Origin: a virus
Taxonomy: Duplodnaviria > Heunggongvirae > Uroviricota > Caudoviricetes
Strand: one strand, 5' to 3'
Length of the DNA: 64,000 bases
IMG/VR virus record: IMGVR_UViG_3300043399_000676
This document shows positions 1-10,437 of this stretch, piece after piece. Made by a program: the position numbers and the translations under genes. Position 1 is the first letter of the stretch. Each line of letters begins with the position of its first letter. The notes under the pieces are model-generated. The model was not told where the DNA came from, did no database searches, and saw nothing but the letters and a program-made list of their open reading frames with translations.

Positions 1-112
1 TGACGAAAAGGAAATCTTCTTCATGAGATTGAAGTATGGTAATATAATCGGGAAACACTTTAAACTGGAGCAAAGACCAGAAGTGGAATAAATACTCTTA
101 TACGGAGTTTTT

Positions 113-289
113 ATGGCCAAGATTGTAACTGAAAACATTATAGTTTCTATTAGTAGACTAGAAAAAGAACACACCTCTTCTAAAGAAAGTGTTATTAACG
201 AAGCCTTGTTATCTTCAATAGAACAGGTAGTAGAAGAACTAATAGGTGATGGCGTAGTAGTTGAGGCTGTTGACGCAGGCACGCACTAA
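113..289 (+). CDS. hypothetical protein (58 aa, not in ORF track)
   Basis: MAKIVTENIIVSISRLEK...; GGAG SD and ATAAATA late promoter at 88-94; stop overlaps next ATG. Confidence 0.7.
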   Translation: MAKIVTENIIVSISRLEKEHTSSKESVINEALLSSIEQVVEELIGDGVVVEAVDAGTH

Positions 290-636
290 TGTCTCAGCCA
301 ACTGTAATCCCATTATTTTCGCAGGTTGCATATGAAGGGGATAACCCCAATCATATAGGAACTAAACAACCTGCCGCTTCTTATTATGTAAGTGGCAACA
401 ATCTTCAAACTATTACTTGGAACTTAACTAACGTAACAGGGCTGATAACGATTCAAGCTTCACTGGCAGATGATCCATCTTCCAATGACACAGATTGGTT
501 CACTATAATGACCTTGCCCTGTTCGTCATTGACACAAAACAGTTTTGCTAACCTTTACGGCAATTATGTTTGGGTTAGAGCAAAAATGGTGGGAATGACT
601 TCAGGTTTAATCCACAGTATCAAAATTAGTTACTAA
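289..636 (+). CDS. hypothetical late protein, possibly structural
   Basis: 115 aa beta-rich ORF coupled to the upstream ORF. Confidence 0.6.
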   Translation: MSQPTVIPLFSQVAYEGDNPNHIGTKQPAASYYVSGNNLQTITWNLTNVTGLITIQASLADDPSSNDTDWFTIMTLPCSSLTQNSFANLYGNYVWVRAKMVGMTSGLIHSIKISY

Positions 637-694
637 GAAAAAAATCACACACATAGTTTCCTCTTAAATAGTATCATAAATCTTAGAGGAAACT

Positions 695-1588
695 ATGACA
701 ACACCAAACGAAGAACAATCCACTCAGGTAGAACCAACTCAAGCTGCTCCTGAACAAGAAGCTCAACCACAAAATCAAGTACAAGTGAACGTTGATTATT
801 TAAGAACTACTAGAGTTCATATTGCAATGCCATGTTACGGTGGTATGCTTACAGAATCTACTTTCATGAGTTTTATTAAGTGGGCAAACACTGCAAGACA
901 ACTTGGAATTGATTGGACTTTGGAGACGATGACCAATGAGTCTCTGATTAGCAGGGCCAGAAATACATTGACTGCAAAGTTTTTAGATAACACCGATGCT
1001 ACTCATTTATTCTTTGTCGATGCAGATATTGGCTGGGAACCTTGGCATTTACTGGTTCTGCTAAATCACGATAAAGATGTAATTGGTGGTTTGTATCCCA
1101 TGAAAACTATGCCCATTCGCTGGGTAGTAAACGGCTTTGATGGAGCAGAAGAAGGACCAGATGGGTTGCAGGAAGTTAGTAAAGCAGGCACTGGATTCTT
1201 ACTGATGAAACGTCATGTGTTTGACAAACTAAACGCGCATCCAGCGGTAAAGCCTTACAAGAATGACATTGGACTTGATCCAAAGTTTGATAAGTATTTA
1301 AAAACTTACTTCGATACCGCAGTTCGTCAAGCGAGATATTATTCTGAAGATTGGACCTTCTGTGAAAACTGGCGTGATTTAGGTGGCAAAATTTATGTAG
1401 ATAAGCGAGTGCTTCTACGACATACGGGAACGTATACTTTCTGTATGGAGAATCAACAGCACTTGATGAATACAATAGGTCCAATGTATGTAGAGGAACT
1501 TCGAAATCAAAATCAAGCTCAGGTTCAAGTTGTTGATACGGCAGAGGAAGAAAAACCACACAAAAACGCAAAAGTTAAGAAGTCTTAA
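695..1588 (+). CDS. GT-A fold glycosyltransferase-like protein
   Basis: IAMPCYGG, SLISRARN, FVDADIGW (DxD), GTGFLLM, SEDWTFC motifs; TAAATA and GAGGA upstream. Confidence 0.7.
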   Translation: MTTPNEEQSTQVEPTQAAPEQEAQPQNQVQVNVDYLRTTRVHIAMPCYGGMLTESTFMSFIKWANTARQLGIDWTLETMTNESLISRARNTLTAKFLDNTDATHLFFVDADIGWEPWHLLVLLNHDKDVIGGLYPMKTMPIRWVVNGFDGAEEGPDGLQEVSKAGTGFLLMKRHVFDKLNAHPAVKPYKNDIGLDPKFDKYLKTYFDTAVRQARYYSEDWTFCENWRDLGGKIYVDKRVLLRHTGTYTFCMENQQHLMNTIGPMYVEELRNQNQAQVQVVDTAEEEKPHKNAKVKKS

Positions 1589-1606
1589 TTCTTACTCGCT
1601 TAACTC

Positions 1607-1637
1607 AAAAGGCTACTTAACTCAAGTAGCCTTTTTT
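1607..1637 (+). terminator. intrinsic terminator
   Basis: AAAAGGCTAC-loop-GTAGCCTTTTTT. Confidence 0.75.
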
Positions 1638-1667
1638 GCATAAATATTCTATAAAATGGTATGAACA

Positions 1668-4600
1668 ATGAAACTAACTGAACTAGATAAATTTCGACTT
1701 GATGATGCGATCAAATTTCATGATGAGCTAAATCCTGCATTGTTTAAAAACGAAGAGCTACGGGCAGAAGTAAGAGATAGACTGTTACTCATTGCTGAAG
1801 ACTTCATAGAATATTTGGGTATTTCTGATTTAGATATCGAAGATATAACTATATCTGGATCAAATGCAGCTTACTCCTACACTAAGCATAGTGACATCGA
1901 TTTGCATATCCTAGTGGATATGACAAAACTTTCCAATGATGAAATTTATAAAGAGCTATTCAAAGAGAAAAAGAATCTGTACAACGAATATCATGACATA
2001 TTCATTCGAGGGTACGAAGTTGAATTATATGTACAGGATGCGGCTGAGCCTGTAATTAGTTTAGGTGAGTATAGTGTTTTGCATGATAAATGGTTGCACA
2101 TACCAAAGAAAAGAAGATCAGGTGTAGATGAAACCGCAGCAAGGTTAAAGTATGAAAAGCTCGCAGATATCGCAGATGCTGCAATCAAAGCCAAAGATGA
2201 AAAGAAGATAGATGAACTACTCAGAGTTATAAAGAGATATCGCCAAGCTGGATTAGACAAACACGGTGAGTTTGGTCCTGAAAATCTTGCATTCAAAGTG
2301 CTTAGAACACAAGGTGTCATTGATAAACTACATCAAACAAAAAATGATCTACACGATATACGACTAAGTTTACCAGAATCATCACCGTTAAACAAAAAAA
2401 CTTTGTCTGTTGATCAACTTGCCAAACGACATAAAGTAACTGTTCAGCAAATAAAAGCACAATTAAAAAAAGGCATTCAAGTAGAATTAGAGCATACTTA
2501 TGACAAAAAGATTGCTATGCAAATTGCATTGGATCACCTTAAGGAAGATCCTAACTATTACACTAAATTGAACAAAGCCAATCTTGAAGAATCAACTGGT
2601 ATTCCAAAAACTGTTTATCATGTCACTCTGAAGAAAAATCTGAATCCTATTTTGGCTAGGGGATTAATTCCTAAGATCGGTGATAGATCGAAAAAAATAG
2701 GAGAAGACACTCCTGCAATCTACTGCTTTAAGGATAAGGATTCAGTACACGATGCATTAATGAATTGGCTAGGGGACGAACTAGAAGAAAATGAAGAACT
2801 CGCATTGCTAGCAATCAGTACATTTGGTCTACCAGTTAAAACAATCGATGGAGCAGACTATGAAATCGCAATCACTTCTAGGATACCTCCATCAAATATC
2901 AAAGTAGTTTCTGATTTATTAGAAAGCATCTTAGTGGAATATGAGACGCATGACTATCAGCAACTGAGTGAAAGTAAAACAAGCTACAAAGAAATAGAAT
3001 TTGTATGTGTTAATCCAAACTTCCCCGATGCTACGGATGCCGAACTTCAACAACACCTCTTCAATGAACTAAAAAAGATACCCAATGTTATCCCATTAAT
3101 GCAAGACTGGGATGAATATGATGAAGGGCAAAGAAGTCTTTCTGCGATCTACAAAGACCAATCGGCACGAAATGCAATTATTAAATTGGCAAAAAAATTA
3201 GGGGTTCAAATAGACCTTGAACAAGAAGTATCAAGTGACTATGTAGACAGAGCAATCCGAGGTGAACACGAAGGCCAAGTTAATGAAGAAAAAACAGCTA
3301 CACACTTACAAAAATTACCTAAGTTTTTCAAAGGTAACGATCCACTTGCAGAGTTAGTTCCAGAAAGAAAAACTCATACTTTTGCGCTACACCCTGACAA
3401 ATGGATATCAACATTTTATAGCCTCACAGGTAAAGATCCAGAAAAACTACGATACTATAAACCAGCTAAGGTAGAAATTGTTCCTGGCACATTAGTGGGA
3501 GATATGGTATTTGCTAATAAGTTCTACAGAGCAAAAACTGACGAAGAAAAAGAAGCAGCAGCATTGAAGTATAAGAAGTCTCTTAAGCCGTACGACCAAG
3601 CTAATGTAGATGACTATAGAATGCCCGAGTTGTTGATACCTCGTAGTGTTAATGAATCAGCGTCAGGATACATTCCAAGCAAAAAAGAAGCCAACGATCC
3701 AAGATTTAAAACTGCTCTGACTGTGGATATAAAACCAGACACAATGCAGAAGAATGCAGCTAAGTTAGGTTCAAAGATTAAGAGGAACGGTGTTCCCCCT
3801 CTGCTAAGAGAAGAGGATGAGGCTCCTAAATTGACTTTAGTTCCCATTCCCGAAGATGTTGATCCAGCGGAACTTATACGAACTGAATGCAGTGAATTTT
3901 TGAAAATGCTTGGATCTAGTGACACCTTTTTATATCGAGGAATAAAAGGAGCACTAGAGAAAAACATACCTGTTGCGTTTTGGGACTACACGAAGCCTAG
4001 AAAAAAGCCAATGGATACACCTGTCGAAATACAAACTGTCGTTGATACTGTACTAAAATCGGCTGGTTTTACAGCGTTACGTGGTAATTCTTTGTACTGC
4101 ACTTCAAGCTTTTCGTTTGCAGAAATATACGGAAAGGACAATGTATATTACATTTTTCCTAAGAACGGATTCACCTTTACATGGAGCGAGAAATATAAAG
4201 ACTTTTATGAAGAATTTGTTTCTCAATACCCCGGGCTGGATTCATTCCTTACCGGGGAAAAGGGTGTACCTTTACCTGCAAGAAAGAGTATGATTCTTAG
4301 ATGTCTTAGGTTATTGAAGAGAGACATTCAGTCAAACGCACTTTCTATTTCCGATGAAGAAAAAAAGAAAGCTATTATGTTCATTGAAGAAGTACATCAA
4401 TTTTTAGAAAGTGGCAATCGTATGGATTCTAGTAACAAAGATTGGCTAGAACCTAGAATTAACAGTATCGTAGACATCACTGGTTCTCATTTGAATAGCA
4501 AAACTGATGGCATGTTTATAAGTAAGTATTCCAAAGCAATACTGTTGGATCTTTGGAGATGGGTTAACTCAAACGTGAAAATTGATTGGAGTTCGATTGA

Positions 4601-4745
4601 CGTAAAAGAACTAATAGATCGACATGGGCTTAGAAATGATAAAATGCACCGAGCCTTGCAGTCAGGTCATGAAATTCTAATTAACGGAGAATATTATGCA
4701 TTCCATACTAATTGGTATGATATGAAAACTTTGTTACGCAGGTAA
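1668..4745 (+). CDS. multidomain protein: Pol-beta nucleotidyltransferase + small helical domain + ART/Tpt1-like domain + unknown domains + C-terminal ART-like domain
   Basis: GSNAAYSYTKHSDIDLHILVD (GS..DxD); VELEHT..ALDHLKEDPNYY; YHVT..NL..IL..GL.P; FLYRG..SLYCTSS..HEIL; ATAAATA at about 1640. Confidence 0.7.
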   Translation: MKLTELDKFRLDDAIKFHDELNPALFKNEELRAEVRDRLLLIAEDFIEYLGISDLDIEDITISGSNAAYSYTKHSDIDLHILVDMTKLSNDEIYKELFKEKKNLYNEYHDIFIRGYEVELYVQDAAEPVISLGEYSVLHDKWLHIPKKRRSGVDETAARLKYEKLADIADAAIKAKDEKKIDELLRVIKRYRQAGLDKHGEFGPENLAFKVLRTQGVIDKLHQTKNDLHDIRLSLPESSPLNKKTLSVDQLAKRHKVTVQQIKAQLKKGIQVELEHTYDKKIAMQIALDHLKEDPNYYTKLNKANLEESTGIPKTVYHVTLKKNLNPILARGLIPKIGDRSKKIGEDTPAIYCFKDKDSVHDALMNWLGDELEENEELALLAISTFGLPVKTIDGADYEIAITSRIPPSNIKVVSDLLESILVEYETHDYQQLSESKTSYKEIEFVCVNPNFPDATDAELQQHLFNELKKIPNVIPLMQDWDEYDEGQRSLSAIYKDQSARNAIIKLAKKLGVQIDLEQEVSSDYVDRAIRGEHEGQVNEEKTATHLQKLPKFFKGNDPLAELVPERKTHTFALHPDKWISTFYSLTGKDPEKLRYYKPAKVEIVPGTLVGDMVFANKFYRAKTDEEKEAAALKYKKSLKPYDQANVDDYRMPELLIPRSVNESASGYIPSKKEANDPRFKTALTVDIKPDTMQKNAAKLGSKIKRNGVPPLLREEDEAPKLTLVPIPEDVDPAELIRTECSEFLKMLGSSDTFLYRGIKGALEKNIPVAFWDYTKPRKKPMDTPVEIQTVVDTVLKSAGFTALRGNSLYCTSSFSFAEIYGKDNVYYIFPKNGFTFTWSEKYKDFYEEFVSQYPGLDSFLTGEKGVPLPARKSMILRCLRLLKRDIQSNALSISDEEKKKAIMFIEEVHQFLESGNRMDSSNKDWLEPRINSIVDITGSHLNSKTDGMFISKYSKAILLDLWRWVNSNVKIDWSSIDVKELIDRHGLRNDKMHRALQSGHEILINGEYYAFHTNWYDMKTLLRR

Positions 4746-4805
4746 TTGAGAAGACTGGACTTCAATGTAAATTCGCTAAATACATAAACATCACTTGAGA
4801 CAACT

Positions 4806-7800
4806 ATGAAAATATTTGAACTTTCTACTAGAATACGCACCCCTATAATGGAGGGAGGAAATCTATCACTAGATGGACATGAAGCTGAACAAATCAATCT
4901 GCTAGTTCACAAAAGAAGCTTTATGGTTCCCCTTTTGAATACCTTGCTATTGAGCATCGACAAAGCATACAGACAACATGCAGGCTCAAATCTATGGGAA
5001 CCCACCTTACTAAAGAATAGAACGTTCCTAAGTGGATCATCATTGCACTTCTTTAATGATGTGAATATCTCTGATGAGACTTTTACTAAAGTAAAACCAA
5101 AGGTCGGTGATATCGACACAATGGTTGATAAAGAGAAAGAAACCACACTCGCTGCATTCCTCAATGACGTTAAAGGTAAACAAGTTGGACCAGCTATATT
5201 CATTGGATATCAGCGTGGTAATGAACAGTACTCAAGTCTTTGGAGATTTGAAGATTTACCGATAACTATTCAAATCGATTTTGAGTTTGTATCTTTCGAT
5301 CAAGGTCTTCCTACTGAATGGTCAAGATTTTCTCACTCTTCTTCTTGGGACGATATGCAAAACTCTATCAAAGGAGTTTTCCATAAATTCTTAATTCAGT
5401 CATTAGCCTCATTAACCAAAAGAGAATTTCTTTTGAGAAAAATGGTAGGCAAAGGGAAGAAAAGAAAAGAAGAGGATGTACCCACTGTAGACAATATGTT
5501 TTCGTTTGCAGTTTCCTCCAAAGAAGGGGGCGGATTAAGAATAAAATATGTTCCAGTTATGGATGGAAATACGCCATTAGTAAAAGATGGTCTTCCAGTT
5601 ATGTCTGCTGCACCTGCGGCAGGCTACGAACAAAATGTAGGCAAAATATTTTTAAGTCTGTTTGGAAAAAGATTGTCTCCTGCAAGTCTAAAGAAAGTTT
5701 CTAATAAGCTTTGGTCTTTTGTTGGGTTACTTGAAATTATGAGTTCTGTTTTATCACAGGAAGAAAAGGAGACTGTTTTTAGAACATTTTTAGAAAAAAC
5801 AGTAGGACCTGGTGCACAAGGTATTTACAAGAATGATCCCGATCGTGACATAACAGAAAAGACCGTAGCTATCAACAAGGCAATGGAAGTGCTAGGTCTA
5901 GAAAAACCAAGCGACTTGCTTCCTATGATAAAGCAATACAAAGATAACTATAAGATGACTCCAACTGAGTCTTTAAGAGAGGCCACAATTAAGCCGAACT
6001 TTAAGAGAAAGGGTGTTCAGCATATATACAATCCAGGTTCAAGTACAGAAATACAAGACCTTGATTTTATTGCATTCTGCAAAGAAATCGCAGAGAATGG
6101 TGGAACATTAGACAATGTTCAAATTAACTTAAAAGCAGATGGTGCAGGAATTCGCTTTGGAAAAGATGAGTCTGGAAAACCTTTCTTCATGACTTCGAGG
6201 GTAACAGAGCCTAAGTATATTGAGAACTATGGTGATTTTGAAAAATACGGAATCAGCGTAGGTCAAGATGCAGAGCGTTTAGAATTCACAAAGAACTATG
6301 ACAAGGCATTGAAGATTATCCTAACTAGCGATCTTGTGAAAAGTCTTCCATCCGATACTATTGTTCAAGCAGAGATGATGTTCAACGCAATGGCTCAGAA
6401 ATCTGATGGCGGATACAAGTTTGTTAACATCACATACGATCCAAAGAAGTTAGGAAAAGTAATGACCCTCGTTCCTATCTTTATCAAATCATTCAGCACA
6501 GGTGAAGATAGACCTGATGGAATGGAGATAAAGAAAAAGTTACTTTCACTGAGCAGTCCCAATATAAAAGTAGTGAACAATGCTTTGAAACAAAAGGGAG
6601 TTCAGTTAGGTCCTATAGTTGATAAAGTATTAGAAAATGAAAACGAGATTACTGCGACGTTAAAGACAAAGGGATTGACTCCAGAAAAGGAACAGGTTAG
6701 AAAATTCTTATCGTCTGCAAAGAAACAAGTATCAGATGCAATTATAAATAGCCCTGCTATCAAAGGAAAAGATCAACTCGGCAAAGTCATAGAAGGTTTA
6801 GTTATCAACATGCCTAGTGGAATGGTGTTAAAGGTAACTAGCCAAGAAATGAAGGATATTATGGCTGCAAAGAAAGCTACTCCAGTTTCCTCTGGGCCAA
6901 GATCGAACAAGACAGCAGTAGTTGCAGTAGGTAGCGCAATAGGTCATGTTGGACATCAACAACTGTTTAAGTATGCAATTGACAAAGCAAACGAAGTCGG
7001 TGGAGAACCCTTCATGTTCATTGGACCAGCAGAAGGAAAAGATGATCCTATTCCACCTAGCGTCAAAGTACAAACATGGCAAAAGTTGTACCCTCAATAT
7101 GCAAACAATATTTCAACTGTAACTCAAGAGGGTGGCAACCTATTACAAAAAATTAAACACGAACTTATAAATCCTAGACCCGGTCAGCCTCCTAGATTTG
7201 ATAATGTTATCATAACAGTTGGTACTGATCGTGAGAGTATGGCAGCTAACTGGAGCAAGTCTCTGATGAGAGCAGTCAATAAGTTTGCTGGATACGAGCA
7301 TGTTAAAGCAATGCCTTATGTTACTCCAAGAGAGTCTGAAAAGGGAGGAACAGGGGTCAGTGGGACATATTTGAGAAACATACTAAAAGACCCAAATGCT
7401 TCACCTGAGCAACAATTTGCAGCATGGCAAAAAGCGTATAACAGCGGAGACTTTGGTGCAAAGAAACTTGACTCAGAATGGATAAAACAGCTAATGGATA
7501 TTGCGAAGAAAAACATGGGGTTAAGTGAAATGAAAGCTAGCAGAAAAACAGAAAGCGTAGTCACTCCTGCAAGTAATCCATATGGCGCAGATAGTCAAGC
7601 ACCAAAGTTTGGGAGAAGCAGTACGTTCCTAGAATCAAAGAAAAAATTTACTGATCAAAAAGTTTGGGTGTCGGCAGTAAAAGTACTAGAGGGAAAGATT
7701 TCTCATGTAAAATCAGGGAAGTATGAAGCTCTAAATGAAAATGGAATAAGAATCGGAGCATGGGATAGTAATAGAGACTTGGGATGGTTAACCGAAATGA

Positions 7801-9515
7801 CATCTGCAAGTAGCGTTGCACCAATGGCATTTCCAATTGGCGTTACTCATTCTAGAACAAAAGGAAAAGGTAGTATCTTTGGTGGAATTAGAACAAGCAA
7901 AAAGTTTGTAAATGAAGATGACGAAACCCGTGCTGACGAAATCTATACAGCATTTGAACAATCCTATCCCAACTTAGCTAGAAAAGCAGGTGATAGAGTT
8001 ATTCAAGCTGCAATCACTAGTGTATTAAATTATGGTGAAGGTGACCCGACTGCGCTAGCTCAAGACGTTGCTAGAGCAGTTAGGAAAAGTTTGACGAATA
8101 TGTCAGAGGGACTCACTCTAAAAGAGAGTGAGGTCGCAGAAGCAAAAAAGATTAAACAAAGACTAGATCCAAAATGTTGGAAAGGGTACAGAAAATCTGG
8201 CACTAAAATTAAAGGTGGAGTAAGAGTAAACAATTGCGTAAAAAAGAAAAAAAGTTCATCAAAGTCAGTATCTGAAGCTGCGTTAGACGAAGAGCAAATC
8301 TTAGCTAAAAAACTAGGAAGAGACTTCATTGATTATAAAGAAGCAAAAGATCGTGAACTTGGCAATCGACCCAAAGATAGAGAGGTACAGTCTAAGCTAA
8401 ATGAAAAAACACTAGGCGGATTTCAGGTAAAGCCAATCACTAAGGTTGTCGATGAAGCAATCGGCCTTAACGCACCTCATCGTAGACTAGGGCACGAAGA
8501 AATCTATGGTTACGTTGATCGCACTATGAAGGGAACGAAGTCAAAGAAAGAAAAAGTGACTGGCCCTATTATACATGCAAGTAATGTAAAAATAACAAAA
8601 AGCGACGACGGCGAAGATGTGTGGGATTTGGAAGACTTGGCCAATAAGATTACTAAGAGACCATCTTCTATCCTAGGGACAAACGCCAAGATGAAGAAAT
8701 CTGCGAAGGAAGGAGAGATCATATATGATCTAACTCTCCCTGCATTGAAAGGGCTTGTAATTGATGAAGAGACCGGTGAGTTTGTAGAAATAACTACTTG
8801 TCCAAAAGCAGGCGAGTGTCAATTGTTTTGTTACGCTAGAAAAGGAGGATACATTATGTTCCCTAATTCTAGTATGAGTGCAGCACAAGCTTTAAACTTT
8901 TTAGTAAATGATCCTGAAGGATACATGAATATGGTAAATCAAGAAATTCATGATATCAAAAAGAAGATGGATAAGAAAGGAATAAAGTTGGTAGTTCGTT
9001 GGCACGATGCAGGTGACTTCTTCAGTAAAGAATACTTGAATATGGCATACGAAGTAGCAAAAAAGAATCCAGCGGTTGAATTCTATGCTTACACTAAAAT
9101 CGCAGACGTAGCCACTGACGACAAACCAGATAACTTCATTATTAATTTTAGCAGTGGATCAAAGTCATCTGAAGTTAAGAAGATTGAGTTTCATAAGAAG
9201 CAAGGTAATGTAGTGAAACAGGGAATCACTGTTCCTAAAAGTATGTTCTTTGACTTGATCGCTAGGGAAGGAACAAAGCTTATCAAAGATGAACAAGGCA
9301 GGACTCAATTCAAGAACCAAGAAGCATTAGATTTATTTAAGCAGCGTCTAGCAGATAAGTACGATGTGGATGTAAATACGATTATATCTTATGATGAAAT
9401 GCTTTCTATTCCACCTAGTAATGTTCCAAAGTGGAATGTAATAGTGCAACCAGGTGCAGGAGACAGGGCTGCTAATCGCAAAGATGTGATTGACAGTTAT
9501 CTAATGTTCCATTGA
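4806..9515 (+). CDS. multidomain protein: nucleotidyltransferase + KxDG ligase-like domain + HxGH cytidylyltransferase-like domain + short modules + C-terminal Gp88-like Cys-cluster domain
   Basis: SGSS..VGDIDTMVD; NLKADGAGIRFG..IEGLV; GHVGH; CWKGY..VNNCVK; TCPKAGECQLFCYA..VRWHDAGDF. Confidence 0.65.
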   Translation: MKIFELSTRIRTPIMEGGNLSLDGHEAEQINLLVHKRSFMVPLLNTLLLSIDKAYRQHAGSNLWEPTLLKNRTFLSGSSLHFFNDVNISDETFTKVKPKVGDIDTMVDKEKETTLAAFLNDVKGKQVGPAIFIGYQRGNEQYSSLWRFEDLPITIQIDFEFVSFDQGLPTEWSRFSHSSSWDDMQNSIKGVFHKFLIQSLASLTKREFLLRKMVGKGKKRKEEDVPTVDNMFSFAVSSKEGGGLRIKYVPVMDGNTPLVKDGLPVMSAAPAAGYEQNVGKIFLSLFGKRLSPASLKKVSNKLWSFVGLLEIMSSVLSQEEKETVFRTFLEKTVGPGAQGIYKNDPDRDITEKTVAINKAMEVLGLEKPSDLLPMIKQYKDNYKMTPTESLREATIKPNFKRKGVQHIYNPGSSTEIQDLDFIAFCKEIAENGGTLDNVQINLKADGAGIRFGKDESGKPFFMTSRVTEPKYIENYGDFEKYGISVGQDAERLEFTKNYDKALKIILTSDLVKSLPSDTIVQAEMMFNAMAQKSDGGYKFVNITYDPKKLGKVMTLVPIFIKSFSTGEDRPDGMEIKKKLLSLSSPNIKVVNNALKQKGVQLGPIVDKVLENENEITATLKTKGLTPEKEQVRKFLSSAKKQVSDAIINSPAIKGKDQLGKVIEGLVINMPSGMVLKVTSQEMKDIMAAKKATPVSSGPRSNKTAVVAVGSAIGHVGHQQLFKYAIDKANEVGGEPFMFIGPAEGKDDPIPPSVKVQTWQKLYPQYANNISTVTQEGGNLLQKIKHELINPRPGQPPRFDNVIITVGTDRESMAANWSKSLMRAVNKFAGYEHVKAMPYVTPRESEKGGTGVSGTYLRNILKDPNASPEQQFAAWQKAYNSGDFGAKKLDSEWIKQLMDIAKKNMGLSEMKASRKTESVVTPASNPYGADSQAPKFGRSSTFLESKKKFTDQKVWVSAVKVLEGKISHVKSGKYEALNENGIRIGAWDSNRDLGWLTEMTSASSVAPMAFPIGVTHSRTKGKGSIFGGIRTSKKFVNEDDETRADEIYTAFEQSYPNLARKAGDRVIQAAITSVLNYGEGDPTALAQDVARAVRKSLTNMSEGLTLKESEVAEAKKIKQRLDPKCWKGYRKSGTKIKGGVRVNNCVKKKKSSSKSVSEAALDEEQILAKKLGRDFIDYKEAKDRELGNRPKDREVQSKLNEKTLGGFQVKPITKVVDEAIGLNAPHRRLGHEEIYGYVDRTMKGTKSKKEKVTGPIIHASNVKITKSDDGEDVWDLEDLANKITKRPSSILGTNAKMKKSAKEGEIIYDLTLPALKGLVIDEETGEFVEITTCPKAGECQLFCYARKGGYIMFPNSSMSAAQALNFLVNDPEGYMNMVNQEIHDIKKKMDKKGIKLVVRWHDAGDFFSKEYLNMAYEVAKKNPAVEFYAYTKIADVATDDKPDNFIINFSSGSKSSEVKKIEFHKKQGNVVKQGITVPKSMFFDLIAREGTKLIKDEQGRTQFKNQEALDLFKQRLADKYDVDVNTIISYDEMLSIPPSNVPKWNVIVQPGAGDRAANRKDVIDSYLMFH

Positions 9516-9543
9516 AAAACAATTTAAATTAAAGGAATTCATA

Positions 9544-10002
9544 ATGCTAAGTGATAGCTTAAAAATATTATTAGGATCAACATACGGCTTTCTTTTCAAA
9601 GCTCAAAACTTTCACTGGAACGTAGAAGGACCGGATTTCCCTCAGCTTCATAAAATGTTTGATGAAATTATTGAAGATGTTGAGGGCTCCATTGACAAGA
9701 CCGCAGAATATATTCGTATTCTAAATGACTATGTTCCAGCAGGATTTATGCCCTTTGCAAAACTTAGTGTTATCAAAGACCAAACAGAAATACTAACCTC
9801 ATACGAAATGGTTTCAGAACTGTATGAAGATAACCTAAAAATGATAAAGGTTTTGAACACTATCTTTGAAGTGGCGGATAGAGAAAACGAACAAGGAATC
9901 GCAGATTTTATTGCTGGTAGAATAGATGCACATGGTAAACATAAATGGTTCTTGCGAAGCGTTATGAAGATGCCGGTTGTTGGTCCAGAAGAAACCATAT
10001 AA
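9544..10002 (+). CDS. dps: Dps/ferritin-like DNA protection protein
   Basis: KAQNFHWNVEGPDFPQLHKMFDE..DKTAEYIR..KHKWFLRS. Confidence 0.9.
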   Translation: MLSDSLKILLGSTYGFLFKAQNFHWNVEGPDFPQLHKMFDEIIEDVEGSIDKTAEYIRILNDYVPAGFMPFAKLSVIKDQTEILTSYEMVSELYEDNLKMIKVLNTIFEVADRENEQGIADFIAGRIDAHGKHKWFLRSVMKMPVVGPEETI

Positions 10003-10014
10003 AGACATAAGATT

Positions 10015-10437
10015 TTGAACAAGTCAATAAAATACTTTGCATACGGGATGCTCACCCATAAGGATTACTTCGATGAAGAGTCATTTGTGGGTGTTGCTAC
10101 CTTAAAGGATTACCGTTTTGAAATGCTGCGATTTGCCAATGTTGTATCGTCAAGTGGTGATCGTGTGATAGGATGTCTTTGGGATATTGACGAAGGCAAA
10201 CTAAATGAGTTAGATCAAATAGAAGGGTACCCTGATCTATACGATAGGATACTAGTTGATGTTTCAACTAAAGGTAAACCTGAGTCTGCATTTGTTTATG
10301 TGATGACTAGTAACACTAGGACCGTCCTTAAACATACACACCCATCTAAGAAATATATTCAAACAATCAGACAAGGATATGACAATGCAGGTATACCTAT
10401 GTCTCAACTAGTAAATGCGATGAGTTACCAAAAATGA
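10015..10437 (+). CDS. gamma-glutamylcyclotransferase (AIG2/GGCT family)
   Basis: YFAYG, LDQIEGYPDLYDR, AFVYVM. Confidence 0.8.
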   Translation: MNKSIKYFAYGMLTHKDYFDEESFVGVATLKDYRFEMLRFANVVSSSGDRVIGCLWDIDEGKLNELDQIEGYPDLYDRILVDVSTKGKPESAFVYVMTSNTRTVLKHTHPSKKYIQTIRQGYDNAGIPMSQLVNAMSYQK

